Assembly: GCF_009914755.1 (NCBI RefSeq)
Contig: NC_060942.1
Source of the DNA: the human T2T-CHM13v2.0 reference genome, Homo sapiens
Direction: 5' to 3' (one strand)
DNA: 64,000 nucleotides
The first letter of the stretch is position 1. Every line of letters begins with the position of its first letter. The notes under the pieces were generated by a model. That model did not search any database, was not told where the DNA came from, and saw only the letters and a list, made by a program, of their open reading frames with translations. The translations under genes were made by a program, and so were the position numbers. Shown here in pieces: positions 15,280 through 27,655 of the stretch.

Positions 15280-15460
15280 CACTCTGTATATATTACTATT
15301 GATTGTAATCAATATATTTAATCATAATTTTCTCTTCACTACTTGGTGAGCTCCTTTAGAAAAGAGAATTTGTGGTTTTCTCGTTGGTGTTCCTAGAATT
15401 AAGCACAATGACTCACACATAGCATGTGTTCAATATATATTTGTTATACACATGAATAAA
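15280..15460 (+). mobile_element. L2 3' end
   Basis: 'tgagctcctttaga..gcacaatgactcacacatag..ttcaatatatatttgtt..atgaataaa'. Confidence 0.65.
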
Positions 15461-16171
15461 AGACACTTGTCCATTATACATTTGATGGGAACCACATTTT
15501 GATCAAGACCTTGATGAAGAGAAAGACAACAATACAGTTTCATCCAAATGAAACTATCAATTTACTTTCTATTTTAGGATGCAGCATCTCTAATAACTAG
15601 AATTGTGAAAACACACAGTTTGGCTAGTTCATTGAAATTAATGAGAATTTGCATATCAGCTTGTGGATTGCTAGTCTTGTGCTCTTCTTGAAGCTTGGTA
15701 GAGGGGAAAAATGTTTTAACACTCGTAATAGAAATTATTTTGAATGTGTGATGTGTATTGCAATCAGAAATTCGCACTCAGATGACATACATTTAATAAA
15801 CATATGTTGAAAATGTCAGTGCATACAGAAATAGTTAAATAAGTTAATGGATCATATAATACTATAAATAAGCATTCAAAAACATGCACAAATTGTTAGG
15901 GATTTGTCCCTAATATGTGAGAATAATTTAAGAGGAAATATAACCTCAGGCCTTTCTAGATATAAAACATTTTTCTGAATGGATCTTGGGTTTGGGCCAT
16001 TGTCCCATTTCTCCTGTTCTTATGCCGGAGATTAGCAATTTATTTCTGCCTTGTCTTACAGTTGATCAATATTTTCCCATGCCTCTTGCTTTCTGAAATA
16101 TGCAACTCCTGAACCCCAGTTATCTCTTTTTTAACAGTGGCATCTTTGGGTGAAAGGGGATGGAATATTTT

Positions 16172-16205
16172 ACACACACAGACACACACACACACACACA
16201 CACAC
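16172..16205. repeat. (CA)n microsatellite
   Basis: Direct reading. Confidence 0.95.
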
Positions 16206-18593
16206 TTTGCAATCTAATATTACCTATAGTAATATATATTTATATATTAATACTTTGCAATTTAATATTACATTATTTATGGCAGGGTTGGTCTAGCTTT
16301 TCACAATAGAGTTTGTAGGAAAGACTCTATAGCAAATATATTCATGTTAAACAGCAACCTAAAAGGCACAGATTTTCTCATTTTACTTTACAGCATTCAT
16401 TTCCAAACAGCTGGGGGAGAGATACATAAATACCTTCATTTTAATGACTGTCTTGAAAAGGTACTTATTTAACTTTTCTAGAGAGACAGAGTTGACAATG
16501 GCATTCATTTTCAAGAACTGCTCAAGATTTAAGGGCCTGAATGTCTCCCTCAATAGGTTTCATTTTTGCATCTAATGGTCTTGTCTATCCTTCTGTGGCC
16601 ACAGTCGGGGTATTCTGAGGCAGGAACCTAGCTAAACAATTTAAGGCGGTGACTTGCCCCTGGACAGAGTTGGTTCAGAACCTTGTACCACCTGCAGCCA
16701 AAGTGATTTGCATGTATTTTTCTCTGAGTGGAGTGGGCAGCTGGCAGTATCTTATGCATATTAATCTTATATGGCACACTCATTTTTTCAGGTGCAACAA
16801 ATGTATTTCTAAAAACCTTTAGTGCACCAAGCAAAGAGTAGTCCTTTTATATTATTTAATGAGTAATGACAAGTACTGAGTGATACATTATATTTCTAAA
16901 TTTGTGTTGAGCAGGTATTAGAGAGTTTGCCCAGCTGGGGGGTTGGGCGGAGATTTAATGCTTTTGTTGCAGCAAAAACAAAATGCTTTATGGTTCTCCA
17001 GGTTCCTAAGGGGGTCACGTTTAAATCCTGGAAATTATTTTTGTCTACATTATGAGAGGGGAGGAAGGGCAGAGGGTTTTAGTGCTTTCCCTTTTGAGAA
17101 AGTTTGTAGCATTTTAAAGCCTTTTGTGTCTCCAGTTTCAACTAAATCAGTATAGCCGTAAAAATGTACCTCCTCTCGCACAAACCTTTACACTGGCTGT
17201 TTTAAAAACCTACTGCAGCGTGTAACATGGAGAATTTAAGACATTTTATGTTTGGACAATGAGCTTGGGTCCAGGGCTTCATAAGGCTAGCAAGGTACAT
17301 GAATTAGTAACCTTATAATTTTATTGACTCAGTAAGAAAGATGGAGGTGTGGGCCACAACAAGGAAATTCATGTCCAAGCTTTAAATCCCCGATTTGGGG
17401 ATGCCACTCTCACATGAAAGTAAAGCACAGACATAACCTGTGGTGAAAAGAATATGTTGGTGTTATTTGTGGATTCATTTCAGAACAAACTTTCTGAAGC
17501 ACTTTATTTAAACTGTATTTTTCCCCCAGTTACTTCACACGAGTGAACCAAGAGGCATCTTTGAAGGAATAATGAAATGTAGTCTTTTCTTTTTAGTTAG
17601 GAAATATTTCCAATATCTCTATGAAACGATACGTTTGATGCAAGCTGGGTTGCTTCTGTTCTTCTCCTGACACTCTGCTCTCCTGTGCCTCTAGATGTGC
17701 TTACCCTTCTCTTCCCTACCCCTCCCGCAATACACTAACGGAGCACAGACCACAACTGAGATCACAGTTTTTCTCGTATCTTCTTTATATTGGTTTCTCT
17801 CCATGGATCTCCTTTTTCCCTTAAATTCAGCTCACTCATCACTTCTCCTTGATGTCTTCTTAGTCATAATCAAAGGCCTACACATCAAATACTTATTGAT
17901 AAACTTCTACATGTAAGCACACAAGGGTATATTTGCGAGGTAGCTATTGTGAAACAAGTTCTCAAATTATATCTACATATAGATACATTTATATTCTTCA
18001 TAGCACTAAATCCAAGAAAGGACACAACTCTTCTTTATTAAATAATTGATGATTTATAGGATAAATCCTTCTATACATCACTATGGTATTATACAAGGAA
18101 GTCCCGTATTTCAAAGCAGGGGCTTTTCTTAACTATGGATTAGGGACATTATTGTATTTATATGATCTAGAGAACAAAACAAAAATCTAACAAACACATA
18201 CACAATAATATTTTCCTCAAATTTTTAAAAATTCAAATGGAGAAAGAATTTAACTTCAAAGTATGCTCAGATTATGTTATTAATGTCTTGTTTTGCATCA
18301 TAGAAGGGTAGAGTGTACACGTGCTGGTTGTTACACCCAAATCACAATGGCAAGAGTTACTGGGAAAGTGGAAACACGGTTATTACGGATGTGAGCTATG
18401 GTTTACATTGGCAGAGCTGAAATTAGAAAATCCTCTGGAAAAGGAACACATGTTGATGTTTATGAATCCTTTCATTTTCCCTTTAACATTGTATCAAATG
18501 AGAAACCAGAACAACAGTGTTTCTTCTGTTGCTACATTCAAACCAAAGAATGGGTGAAAAGTGCTTACCTCCATCCTTACAAGGTACTGGACT

Positions 18594-18594
<1 letters not shown>

Positions 18595-18626
<32 letters not shown>

Positions 18627-18648
18627 CGCGTGCGCGCATGTGTGTGTG
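18595..18648. repeat. (GT)n/(GC)n alternating purine-pyrimidine tract
   Basis: tgtgtgcgtgtg...gtgcgcgtgcgcgcatgtgtgtg. Confidence 0.95.
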
Positions 18649-18664
18649 GTGGGGTGAATGTTGA

Positions 18665-19002
<338 letters not shown>

Positions 19003-19040
19003 TTTCAGTAGGGAACGTCTTGTTGACAGCTCAGAGCTTA

Positions 19041-19042
<2 letters not shown>

Positions 19043-19089
<47 letters not shown>
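19043..19089. repeat. Pure (AC)23 microsatellite
   Basis: Direct reading. Confidence 0.97.
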
Positions 19090-19093
<4 letters not shown>

Positions 19094-19909
19094 AAACACT
19101 TCTGCCCCCAAACAAAGGAAAACCTTGAGGCACATCATAATCTATGATTACTAAGAATATAGGCAAGAAAAGGAGTCATGCATAATTGGAATAATCTTGA
19201 GGAAAATATGTGACTAGGAAATTATCAAGCTGGTTTGTGACTCATACAAGATGACAGTATAAGCAGGGCTTCTATCATATGACATCTTCCATTTCATTAA
19301 AGGTGTTATTTGGTTAATTTTTTTAAAGCGAATCATTGAGCAATTGTCAAATATTATATTTGCCTTAAGTTTTATTACATTATAAAACTATTGTGAGCCA
19401 AGATGGTTTCTATTTAAATGCTGTAGTCACTACCAAAGATATCCTAGGAGAAAAATATCTATTTCCTTTTGAGAAAGATACTTTATTAGAAGAATATATT
19501 CGAGGTGGAATCCTACTGGAACTATCTTAGAAAAGCATTTCTTTTTATGAATTTCTCTGCTGGTAGGTAATCCACAGATACCTATAAACATTTAAAACAT
19601 ATTTTGACACTTTGCTTCAGAGGACCTTACTGGTGTTCTTTGACACAGACCTACCCTTATTTTCCAAGGTACGATATGAGTACTCTTACTTCATGTACTG
19701 ATAGTGACCTTACCTTTGTAAATCTTGAATTTCTGTACTTGCTGTCATCAAAGGTAAGGAAGGTACTGATTGATTGCCTAAGGTAACATACCAATTTCGA
19801 TGTCAAAAACCATATGAAAATTTTAACTTTTTAATTTCAAGTTTTATTATTAATGTAATTGCATCTGATCTTTTATTTCATTTGCATAATGTTGTTATAT
19901 CCCTTTCTT

Positions 19910-20930
19910 CAAGAAATGATCATTTTTAACAAAAATAAGTGTGGAAAAAGTATATGTACAAAAAGAAAACTGAAAACACAATGATAGTATTGAATTTTAA
20001 TCCATAGAATAAAATAAATATACATGAGTTTATACTCATGCATCATAAAGGCTAATATTTGTTCATAAATTTTGAAAAATGAATAAATGAAGGATAGAAG
20101 ACAACTCTGTCTTATGGCAGGTTTCCAATAAATAGATGCAAAAGGAAGGAAGGACATAGAAAACCACTGTTGGACATAAACCAAAGTTGAATATTCTCAC
20201 ATACAAGTTTTAAGAATTCTTAAAGTAGTGGGCAAGAATTTAATGTAACAGAATATATGTATTCTCAGAGTATATCTGTCAATGTATTCAATACAGTGAG
20301 AAAGATGGTAACTTCACAATAGAGAAACCCAGGGGACATCACCTTAATGAAGTGATGAAAGTTAACATCACCAATTCATTGTTCATATCATGAATTCTTT
20401 GACATGAAGCACTGAGAAAGACAAAACATAATTTCTGGGGTTTTGTTGCTATAAACATACAATCTCATTCCAATCATAATAAAACATCAGATAAATACAA
20501 TTTGAGGGACAGTCTAAAAAATAACTGTTCAGTACTCTTAAAAGTGTCAACATCATGAAAGACAGAGAAAGGCTGAGAAACTGTTTACAGGCTGGAGGAG
20601 ACTAAGGAAAAATAGTGATAAATGCTAAACCATTACTTCTAATGGCAAAAACCACAATTACTTTTGGACCAACTTTATATGTGGAAGCCCATATAGATTC
20701 TTGAATCACAAAAATAAAATATAATTAGCAAAAATTGGTAAAATTCAATAGTATCAAGGTCTGTAATTTAATTAATAGTATGACACCAATTCTAATATTT
20801 GGATTTTGATACCTATGTAATGGTTTTATAAGATGTTCATATTAGAAAAGCTGAGGAGGGTTACATAGGTCCTCTCTATAATCTGTTACAACTTTTCTTG
20901 AACTTAAGTTTAAAATAGTTCAAAGAATAT
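19910..20930 (+). mobile_element. L1MC-like 3'UTR
   Basis: 'gtaacttcacaatagagaaacc..caccttaatgaagtgatgaaagttaacatcacca', 'caattgagggaca'-like text, ends 'caacttttcttgaac..aaaatagttcaaa'. Confidence 0.75.
20630..20677. mobile_element. Half MADE1 (Hsmar1-derived MITE)
   Basis: 'ccattacttctaatggcaaaaaccacaattacttttggaccaac' corresponds to the spacer plus right TIR. Confidence 0.85.
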
Positions 20931-21349
20931 TACGTTTATTTGAACTAAACTGTTAGTGCAAAAATTTTAGTACTCTGTGTGTTTATATACCTTGTACCAT
21001 TTACCAACATATAATATACATTTGTTTTCATTTCACTATGGAAGAGTTATCATTTTTCATCAAATTTTGACAATTCATCTTGAAAGTTTTAAAAATCACT
21101 TATCTAATGACATGATAACAATGTTCCTTGATTGACCAAGTAGCATAGATTTTTATTCTGAAAGACTTCCTCATCTTTTCCTCAGCCCTCATCATTCCTC
21201 AAGTAATTTCCTATGTCTAATCTTGTGAACTATTAAACCCAGCTCAATGAAGTAACTACAGATCTATTTGTTTTTTATTGTTTGAATTTCTCCAAATAGG
21301 CAAGAGTCTAAAAATGCATGCAACTTGAAAGCAGACCAAGCAGATACAG

Positions 21350-21625
21350 AATAAAAATGCTTTTGGTGTCAAAAAGCAAGAAAACTCCAATACTAATCAG
21401 AATTCCTAGTATATACTACTGGATCTACCTCCAATTTGCCATTTAACCATCAAATCTCTTAGGCCTCTCTACTTTATGATGCAACTACCAACATCTTGTG
21501 ACTCTCCAAAGCTGCAGTTTCTTGTCCATGAAGCAGAAATAATACCTAACCTAGAACATTATATCAAATGAGAGCCGAGAAAAAGAGCAGTATCTAGCAG
21601 TGGTGAATATTCAGTAATATCTGGC
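21350..21625 (+). mobile_element. MIR remnant
   Basis: 'gcagtttcttgtccatgaagcagaaataatacctaacc..gtatctagcagtggtgaatattcagtaata'. Confidence 0.5.
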
Positions 21626-22850
21626 TGTTTCTCCACTTGATATTGCCAAAGACAAATTAACTCAGAGACCAAATTAATAAAGGCTCGGAAGACTTTCTAA
21701 TTCACCTTCAGGCATGTTTGACCATGCTTGGTTGAATGCAAGAGAACAAGCAAGCTGTTTGGGTAGGAGGATGTTCAGTGTTAGGATAAAGAGTTTTCTG
21801 TGAATGGTCATTTTCTGGAAAAACTGGGAAATGATGAAGTGCTTGCAGATGGTCAATGGTCAAACTATTATAATGATCCTTATGGACATTTCTGCCATGG
21901 CTTGTGATTTCTCAGTTCCCCCTTTGAATCATTCCCTCTATCAGAATCAAGAGAGTAATATTGACTCAGGTTGATGACCTTGACAGTATCATCATCACTA
22001 ATCAATCAGATGTCATTATAGGCACTGTCCATGAAGATTTTATTCTCGTAGTCTATTTCATTGTCTGATTGGATGATAGTGATATACACTCCATTGAGAC
22101 AGCAACCCACCTAGAGCATTTAACCTCCTGGAAATGACAGATTTGATGACTGCTAAGTATCTTTAAGAGCAGTCTTAAGGTATGTATCTTCAGGTTTAAG
22201 AGCAGTTTTTCTTTGATGTATCTTCTAGGAAACAAATTTTCTGTTTGAAGATCATGAAAAGGCTGTTTAGAAAAATGATGTGGGATGGTAGCTTAACCTT
22301 TTGGTAATAACACTGGAACATGAGTCCCTTGTATTATTTTGCCATGTCTGTATGTAACAGAGCAGAATCTAGACTGGAGGTGAAATGCTACACACATCTG
22401 TCTTTCAGTCACAATTCATAAGGAGATAACTCATGTGCCCCTAAACAAGTAAACTGGATGGCCACCAAAACTAGGAGCTATGCGTTAGGTCAGAGGAGTT
22501 CAGAAGTTTCTGAGAGTTTGATAGCTTCTCCTTAAAATGTTACTGGTCCTTTCAAACTTTTTAGAAGTTTGTGGGTGGTAAAGGCAGTGTAGTTTATGAG
22601 TAAGGGGTAACACTTTACAGAATTCTTATATAATAGTTTCTGTATACTATGTGGATCCTTAGTTGATATAAAACTTTGTCCAAGTTAGAATAACCAGGTT
22701 AATAAGCTTTTTAGTGACTATGAGGCTATAGCTTTTCAGAAAGAAAATGCTTCAACTCATCCAGAGCTTGGCATTTCAGATGCTTACTAATACATGGATT
22801 AATTGATAAAAGTCTAGTAAGGCAAAGTCATAGGCCCTGATGGAGATTCT

Positions 22851-24242
22851 TTCATTTATTTATTTATTTTTATTTTACTTTAAGTTCTGGGATATATGCG
22901 CAGAACATGCAGGTTTGTTACATAGGCATACATGGGCCATGGTGGTTTGCTGCACCTATCAACCCATCATATAGGTTCTAAGCCCCTCATGCATTAGCTA
23001 TTTGTCCTAATGTTCTTCCTCCCCTTGCCTCCCACCCCCCAACAGGCCTCGGTGTGTGATGTTATGTTCCCCTCCCAGTGTCCATGTGTTCTCATTTTTC
23101 TACTCCCACTTATTAGTGAGATCATGCAGTGTTTGGTTTTCTGTTCCTGCGTTATTTTGCTGAGAATAATGGCTTCCAGCTTCATCCATGTCCCTGCAAT
23201 GGACATGAACTCATTCTTTTTTATGACTGCATAGTATTCTATGGTGTATATGTGCCACATTTGCTTTATCCAGTCTATCATCGATGGGCATTTGAGTTGG
23301 TCCCAAGTCTTTGCTATTGTAAATGGTGCTGCAATAAACACATGTGTGCAAGTGTCTTTATAGCAGAATAATTTATAATGGTTTGGATATATACCCAGTA
23401 ATGGGATTGCTGGGTCAAATGCTATTTCTGGTTCTAGATCCTTGAGGAATAGCCACACTGTCTTCCATAATGGTTGAACTGATTTACACTCCCACTAACA
23501 GTGTAAAAGCATTTCTATTTCTCCACAGCCTCACCAGCCTCTGTTATTTCCTGACTTTTTAATGATCACCATTCTAACTGGCATGAGATGGTACTTCACT
23601 GTGGTTTTGATTTGCATTTCTCTAATGATCAGTGATGATGAGCTTTTTATCATGTTTGTTGGCTGCATAAATGTCTTCTTTTGCGAAGTGTCTGTTCATA
23701 TCTTTCACCCTCTTTTTGGTGGGTTGTTTCTTTTTTTTTTTTTTCTTGTACAGTGTTTAAGTTCCTTGTAGATTCCAGATATTAGCCCTTTGTCAGATGG
23801 GTAGCTTCCAAAAATTTTATCCCATTATGTAGGTTGCCTGTTCACTCTGATGATAGTTTCTTTTGCTGTGCAGAAACTCTTTAGTTTAATTAGATCCCAT
23901 TTGTCAATTTTGGCTTCTGTTGCAATTGCTTTTGGTGTTTCGGTCATGAAGTCTTTGCCCATGCCTATGTCCTGAATGGTGTTGCCTAGGTTTTCTTCTG
24001 GGTTTTTATGACTTTGGGTTTCACATTTAAGTCTTTAATGCATCCTGAGTTAATTTTGTATAAGATGTAAGGAAGGGGTCCAGTTTCAGTTTTCTGCATA
24101 TGGTTAGCCAGTTTTCCCAACACCATTTATTAAGGATGAAATCCTTTCCCCTTTGCTTGTTTTTGTCAGGTTTGTTGAAGATCAGATGGTTGTAGATGTG
24201 GGGTTTTATTTCTGGGGTCTCTGTTGTGTTCATTCCAATCAT
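22851..24242 (-). mobile_element. L1PA7/8-like, 5'-truncated (~1.4 kb)
   Basis: 3'UTR plus ORF2 end (ORFs 22994-23458, 24027-24242); 16-bp TSD ccctga(t/g)ggagattct at 22835-22850 and 24243-24258. Confidence 0.95.
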
Positions 24243-26994
24243 CCCTGAGGGAGATTCTAAGTTTTATATTGAATAGTTGTCTGTCTTTCGCAGGAGTAGG
24301 AAAATTCTTAATAATGGCTCTTAATTCCCAAGAGTGAGTTTCAGTTGTGGAGAACATTCCAGGCTCATATGTTGGCTGGATTCATAAAAGGAATAGGCAG
24401 ATGGGAGTGGTAGAAAATTTATCAGGCAAGGGTCTGGGTAGGAGACAGACAAGGTAGGACTAAAGTCCTAGAGGCACAGAAAAAATAAGTACTGTTGTGT
24501 ATCAAGAAGTTTCAGGTACACAGGAGGATGTGGTTTTCATGACTGCTGTCCCTTGTTTAATATCATCAAAATATTTTACAGGATCTAATTTGAATTGAAA
24601 TTTCACTTAGAAACCCGTGTACCAACAAAAATTTTACCCATTGGACCTAGTCAATTTTGTACCTTTTTTCCCCTGTCATCTCTCAAAGGAATAATTTTTA
24701 TTAAATACAATGCTTCCTAGAGTTGCATTGAAGACCTACTTCATTGCTGTTCTAGTTCTCTGGCATTGGTGAAAATGTGACATTTAGAAAAATAGGCACA
24801 AGGGATAGCGTTGTGGTAAGAGTAGGGATAGAGAGCAGGAGTATTTTTTTGCAGAGTTGGGGAGATTTTGACTAAGAACATCTCATACAGCTGGTCACAA
24901 TTAGTGTAACGTGGTTGTTTGTGCATCTTGTGTCCCAACCCCCTGACATAAAGGCCAGTCACCTCTCAACACAGATCTGAGGATCTATATCTCAATCTGA
25001 CAATCGGTATCTCACCCTCGCCCCACCTGGCAAGTGGAAAATCAAAGAAAATGTTGGTTGTTTATTAAGACCAAGCTCTTAGAATGAAGTCAGGTTGCAA
25101 GGGTATCTCTTCCAGTTTTATTGGTTATCGACAGCGAAGTTTGCCTTCAGAAGGACACAAGTCTGGAGGAAACCCCAAACTTCCAAGTCTCGGAAAGTGG
25201 CTAGAATGATAGAGTCAGATCTCACAACGCACCCACTTGTGACGAAGCAGTATCTAAATGCACAGAAAACAAAGGTGAATCACCAAGCACATGAACTCCA
25301 AAGGGAACTTTCAACAAATGCAAATTCTCAGGAATTAAAAAATGAATAAAACAGCAGAGGTACTCAGACAAAAAAAAAATAGACCCAGTGAAGAAGACTT
25401 ACTGTTTTGAGCAGTTGGAGGAGCAGCTAAGGTCCAAGGGACCTAGTGGGTATGGCTCCTGCTCAGGAGCCAAGGTCAGCAGCCAGCCACAAGGAGATAT
25501 GGCAGGAGCCAAGTGCGGCAAGGACAGAACCATCAAAGACAAAACTGAGTCAGAGACAAAATTAACAATGGCTATTTGTTCATAAACCTACTGCCATGGA
25601 ATGGTCTTTAATTAATTTTGTTTCACAGAGGTGCAAAAGTATTAGAAAGCAAACGGAGGAAATACTGTGATGTTCTCAAATGGGCCAGTGTTCTATTACA
25701 GTGGGATTTTTCGAAGTGGAGGAGATTTTCTGATTGGTCTTTGGTTGCATTTGGTTGTCCTCGGTTGTCTGTAAAAGGGCAAGGAAGCAATTTGGGAACA
25801 TTTCAAAAGAGGAAAGATTGTTCAATGTTATAGCAGAAGGTTTTCTGTGGCCAACCATTTCCCGAAACAAGTAGGAGTTGATGGGTACTTTTTTGTACTG
25901 TCCTAATGGTTTCTTTGGGGGGTAGTGGCTGCCATGTCAGACAGTTTCTTAATATCCTATTACCATATGATTAAATACAGTTACAGGGAAGACGTAAATA
26001 TCCAGAGTCTGAGCTCTTTCACTGAGGATAATTAGAACACAGTATCTCTCCTTCTTTAGGCTCTATACTTCTTTCCATCTAGATGAACTTGGCACATCCT
26101 CTCTAATTAAAGTCTTCCTTTGGATTCCTTTTTATATGAAAAGAGGATGATGTTCTGGTTTTCATGACATCTGATTAGATATTCCTTATATCTTAGGAGT
26201 TTGTACAGATTTCTCAAAAAGAGCAGTATTGCCGAGTTCTGAGAAATCCTGTAATCACAGCTGCCTTGCCTGGATGCCTTCCAGCCTGCTTTCAATTAAA
26301 ACCAACCTGATCATAAATAAGAGAATAAGCTTCTCTAATGTGCTCACTAAATACTCCATCTTAAAGCGATGTACTCTGGAGGCTATATTTCTTGGACAGC
26401 ATATGCCTTTCCTGAATGATGAAGCCCCCAAGTATAATGTCACAGTATGATTTATTCATAATACTATTTTACATTTATTATAATTTCATAAATTTGTGGG
26501 ACTTTTTTCTAAATAAACAGAGGCTTGCTTAAGTCATTTCCTCTGACAATGTTTAACATGATATCACCTGTCATGCCAAAGGACAATGTATGGGGAGAAA
26601 AATAATGGAATTTGAATTATTTTTTCTGTTACTTTTTTCTCTATCAAACTGATATAATAATTGGCTTTTCCCCCCTTATTTAACCTGATAAAGTAGATGA
26701 CTACAATTAAGATTTTTTTAAAAAAAACTCAACTACATCATGGTTTTTACACCTTCACTGTTGAATTCTGCTTATCTAGTCTCTCTGTATAAGAACTAAA
26801 TTTTCACAACCAAGATTGGAGCAGAAACCGACTATGTAACAGGATTCTATTGGGACTGAACAACTCAAAGTCATTATTTTTTTTTCCTCATAGAGAACCA
26901 TGTATTTCTACCTGCCAGTATTTCATTCTTTTAGCTTAAAGTTTTGTTCCCTTTTCAAGTACAAATGCTACTTGCAGAAGTAATAGTTTTAGGG

Positions 26995-27158
26995 AAATCA
27001 TAACATAATAGTTAAGAGACACTCTGAAGCCACATCATCTGGGGACATAGTTCATCTTCTCTTCCTGCTGGTAGAAAGTTAATAAGTTAATCAAAGTCCC
27101 CTAAGTTTCCTCATCTGCAAAGATTCTATCCATCTCTACATGATAGAATGTGGTGATA

Positions 27159-27202
<44 letters not shown>

Positions 27203-27265
27203 TTTATGTAAACTACTGAGAACCATGGCTGACATGTAATACGTGTTTTTGGCCAACATTTATGC
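26995..27265 (+). mobile_element. MIR remnant with embedded (TA)n
   Basis: 'atagttaagagacactctgaagccac..aagtttcctcatctgcaaa..catggctgacatgtaa'. Confidence 0.6.
27162..27201. repeat. Pure (TA)20 microsatellite
   Basis: Direct reading. Confidence 0.97.
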
Positions 27266-27269
27266 TCCT

Positions 27270-27655
27270 TACTGGTGTTTCTAGAACTCCGCCTGTCAGG
27301 ATATACAATGGGATGGCACTTACCACTCCTTGAATGTAGGCCGTGCTGCATAACTTCCTTTGACTAATGCAATGTGAGCTCAAGTGAAGTATGTCTTTTA
27401 AAGCAGACGTGTCTTACAGCCAGCAAAAGAATCTCTCTTTTCATAGCAACAATTGTCATGTATGACATGCTTGCTGCATGCTGTAAGACCAAAGTGTCCT
27501 GGAATGTGGACCCATGATCTGGTTAGTTATCCCAGAAATTTACACAGTGCCACAGCAAACTCAGTTATAAATACATACATGTATATATATTTAATTATAC
27601 CACAAAGATTTTAGAATTGTGTGTCACCCCAGTATTACCTAGCCTATTGTAGCAA
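27270..27655 (+). mobile_element. Old MLT1 (H/I/J-like) MaLR LTR
   Basis: 'ataacttcctttgactaatgcaatgtgagc', end 'cacaaagattttag..gtcaccccagtattacctagccta'. Confidence 0.6.

Noticed and set aside
22994-23458. 154-aa ORF (and similar ORFs at 3591-4007, 2244-2459, 4227-4520)
   Set aside because: Degenerate L1 ORF2 fragments, not host genes.
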